From a bacterium (lineage in GTDB: Bacteria; Electryoneota; Electryoneia; Electryoneales; Electryoneaceae): 64,000 bases of DNA. Positions 62,603-64,000 of this stretch are shown one piece after another. The notes below the pieces were generated by a model that saw nothing but the letters and a program-made list of their open reading frames with translations, did not search any database and was not told the origin of the DNA. The position numbers and the translations under genes were made by a program. The DNA is taken from the NCBI GenBank assembly GCA_963669175.1, contig OY769902.1:4032001-4096000 (forward strand), in the 5' to 3' direction. Numbering within the stretch: position 1 is the stretch's first letter; every line of letters starts with the position of its first letter.

Positions 62603-62905
62603 GCCTGTTCGCCTCTTTTTTCAAATTCTTGCTTCGTTATGCGCCTCTGTGTCTCTCATGTCAAAGCTAGCATTAACAACATTTACCGAAAGTCCGAAAA
62701 ACAAGAACTGTGTAATGAAGTGAATTTCTGAATCTTGGACCTTACGCCATTTTAAGACTAAAATCATGTAAAAAGAGAATTTCGCATTCGCGTTTATACT
62801 CGTCACCACAGTGGAACATCGCGAAATCTTGGAAGTTATTGCCACTCGGCTTGATCCACTGAAAACTCCTGCCTAAGTTCCATCATTATTCCAGGAGGAT
62901 TTGCC

Positions 62906-64000
62906 ATGCCGTCTACCGATAGCACGCCCATTCGCTTCAACCGTAAGGATCTGCTCTTTATCCTGGTCTGCCTGCTTGTCATGATCGGCACCGCCTGGTT
63001 CGCAGCGACAAACTTCCACAAGGCCTTCCCGGAAGCGTCCATCGAGTTCAAGTATAACCGTTCACAAGCAGGGGATATCGCCGACAGTTTTCTTGAGGCA
63101 ATGGACCTTGTTCCTCCGGAACCCTATCGTCATGTGTCCCGTTTCGGCATGGATGGTCTGGCGAAGACCAGCCTGGAAAAGGAGCTGGGGCTGGGAAACG
63201 CCCAGAAACTGTTTGGCGATCCCGTACGCCTATGGTATTGGCAGCACCGATGGTTTAAACCGTCAACAAAAGAAGAATTCAAAGTTTACGTTACTCCGGC
63301 AGGTGAGATTGCCTCATTTACGCATTTAATTGAGGATGAACAGGAAGGCGCCTCACTCACCCGTGAAGAAGCCTTAGTCATGGCTACGACCTTCCTCACT
63401 GAAACGATGGGCATATCCACAGCAGAGCTAGAGCTGAAGGAAAGTACTGAGCTGGGACGCCCCAATCGCATCGACTGGACTTTTGTCTACACAAAACCCG
63501 GATTTGAGCCTTTTGATGGGGCAGACTATCGTTATCGCGTCGTTATTCAGGGCGATCAAATCGGCGAATACAGTGAAAAGCTGCACGTTCCTGAGACATG
63601 GACAGCCCAATACCGCCGCATGCGCTCCTTCAATGATCTGGGCGGTTCAATTGCTTCTGTGCTGACCATTGCAACCTTAATTGCCTTGATCGTCATTATT
63701 GTTCTGAAGCTTCGCAAGCATGATATCCGCTGGAAAACTGCCCTGGTCTTCGGAATAATCCTGAGTGTGCTTGTAATCGCCAATGAATTGAACGACTTGC
63801 CTGTCAGTCTCTATGGTTATAATACCACTGCTTCGTGGTCCGGCTTCCTGGTGCAGACAGTCCTTTTCCTGGTTATCCAGGGACTTGGCGCTGGAGCATT
63901 TATCTTCATCCTCACAGCCGGTGCGGAAACCATGTTCCGCGAACAGCACCCGAATCTTCCTGCGTTGCCACGCATCTTCACCGTACGTGGACTACGCACC
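62906..64000 (+). CDS. Large membrane protein, 5' part (runs off right edge); resembles the N-terminus of long CPBP/Abi-family intramembrane proteases
   Basis: Not in the ORF track. AGGAGG RBS, ATG 62906, open to the edge: MPSTDSTPIRFNRKDLLFILVCLL...AFPEASI...WQHRWFKP...LHVPETW, then several TM segments. The catalytic region is not in the window. Confidence 0.75.
   Translation, partial: MPSTDSTPIRFNRKDLLFILVCLLVMIGTAWFAATNFHKAFPEASIEFKYNRSQAGDIADSFLEAMDLVPPEPYRHVSRFGMDGLAKTSLEKELGLGNAQKLFGDPVRLWYWQHRWFKPSTKEEFKVYVTPAGEIASFTHLIEDEQEGASLTREEALVMATTFLTETMGISTAELELKESTELGRPNRIDWTFVYTKPGFEPFDGADYRYRVVIQGDQIGEYSEKLHVPETWTAQYRRMRSFNDLGGSIASVLTIATLIALIVIIVLKLRKHDIRWKTALVFGIILSVLVIANELNDLPVSLYGYNTTASWSGFLVQTVLFLVIQGLGAGAFIFILTAGAETMFREQHPNLPALPRIFTVRGLRT

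Noticed and set aside
62621-62845. 74 aa minus-strand ORF
   Set aside because: It lies in the AT-rich divergent promoter region with no recognisable features.

Overview
Bacterial chromosomal window, probably from an FCB-superphylum lineage (inferred from the secretion tails; taxonomy cannot be fixed from sequence alone). About half of the window encodes large secreted proteins. Ten end in a T9SS/Por-type tail (YPNPFN...K/R) and an eleventh paralog is cut off at the left edge. The rest holds a TonB receptor/YfiR/hybrid-kinase module, a sigma54-controlled chemoreceptor locus, a REP-associated tyrosine transposase with several palindromic repeat families, an archaeal-type HMG-CoA synthase/thiolase/DUF35 operon, a DUF4175-like protein and a Na+-translocating decarboxylase operon. 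The main unexplained signal is a recurring acidic E-L-D motif in unrelated secreted proteins. It sits at propeptide/mature-domain junctions and at the ends of flexible linkers, which suggests a shared Asp-directed (caspase-like) maturation site; a C25 (clan CD) peptidase-like protein in the same cluster is a candidate processing enzyme. Other signals: mosaic paralogs with GC-rich conserved and AT-rich variable blocks, a DNA-level copy of one secretion tail onto a different gene, fixed-length 96-97 bp palindromic elements (two in frame inside a gene), a (GATA)16(GATT)6 microsatellite, and a zinc-ligand-free DUF35 subunit. No rRNA, tRNA or CRISPR array was found.
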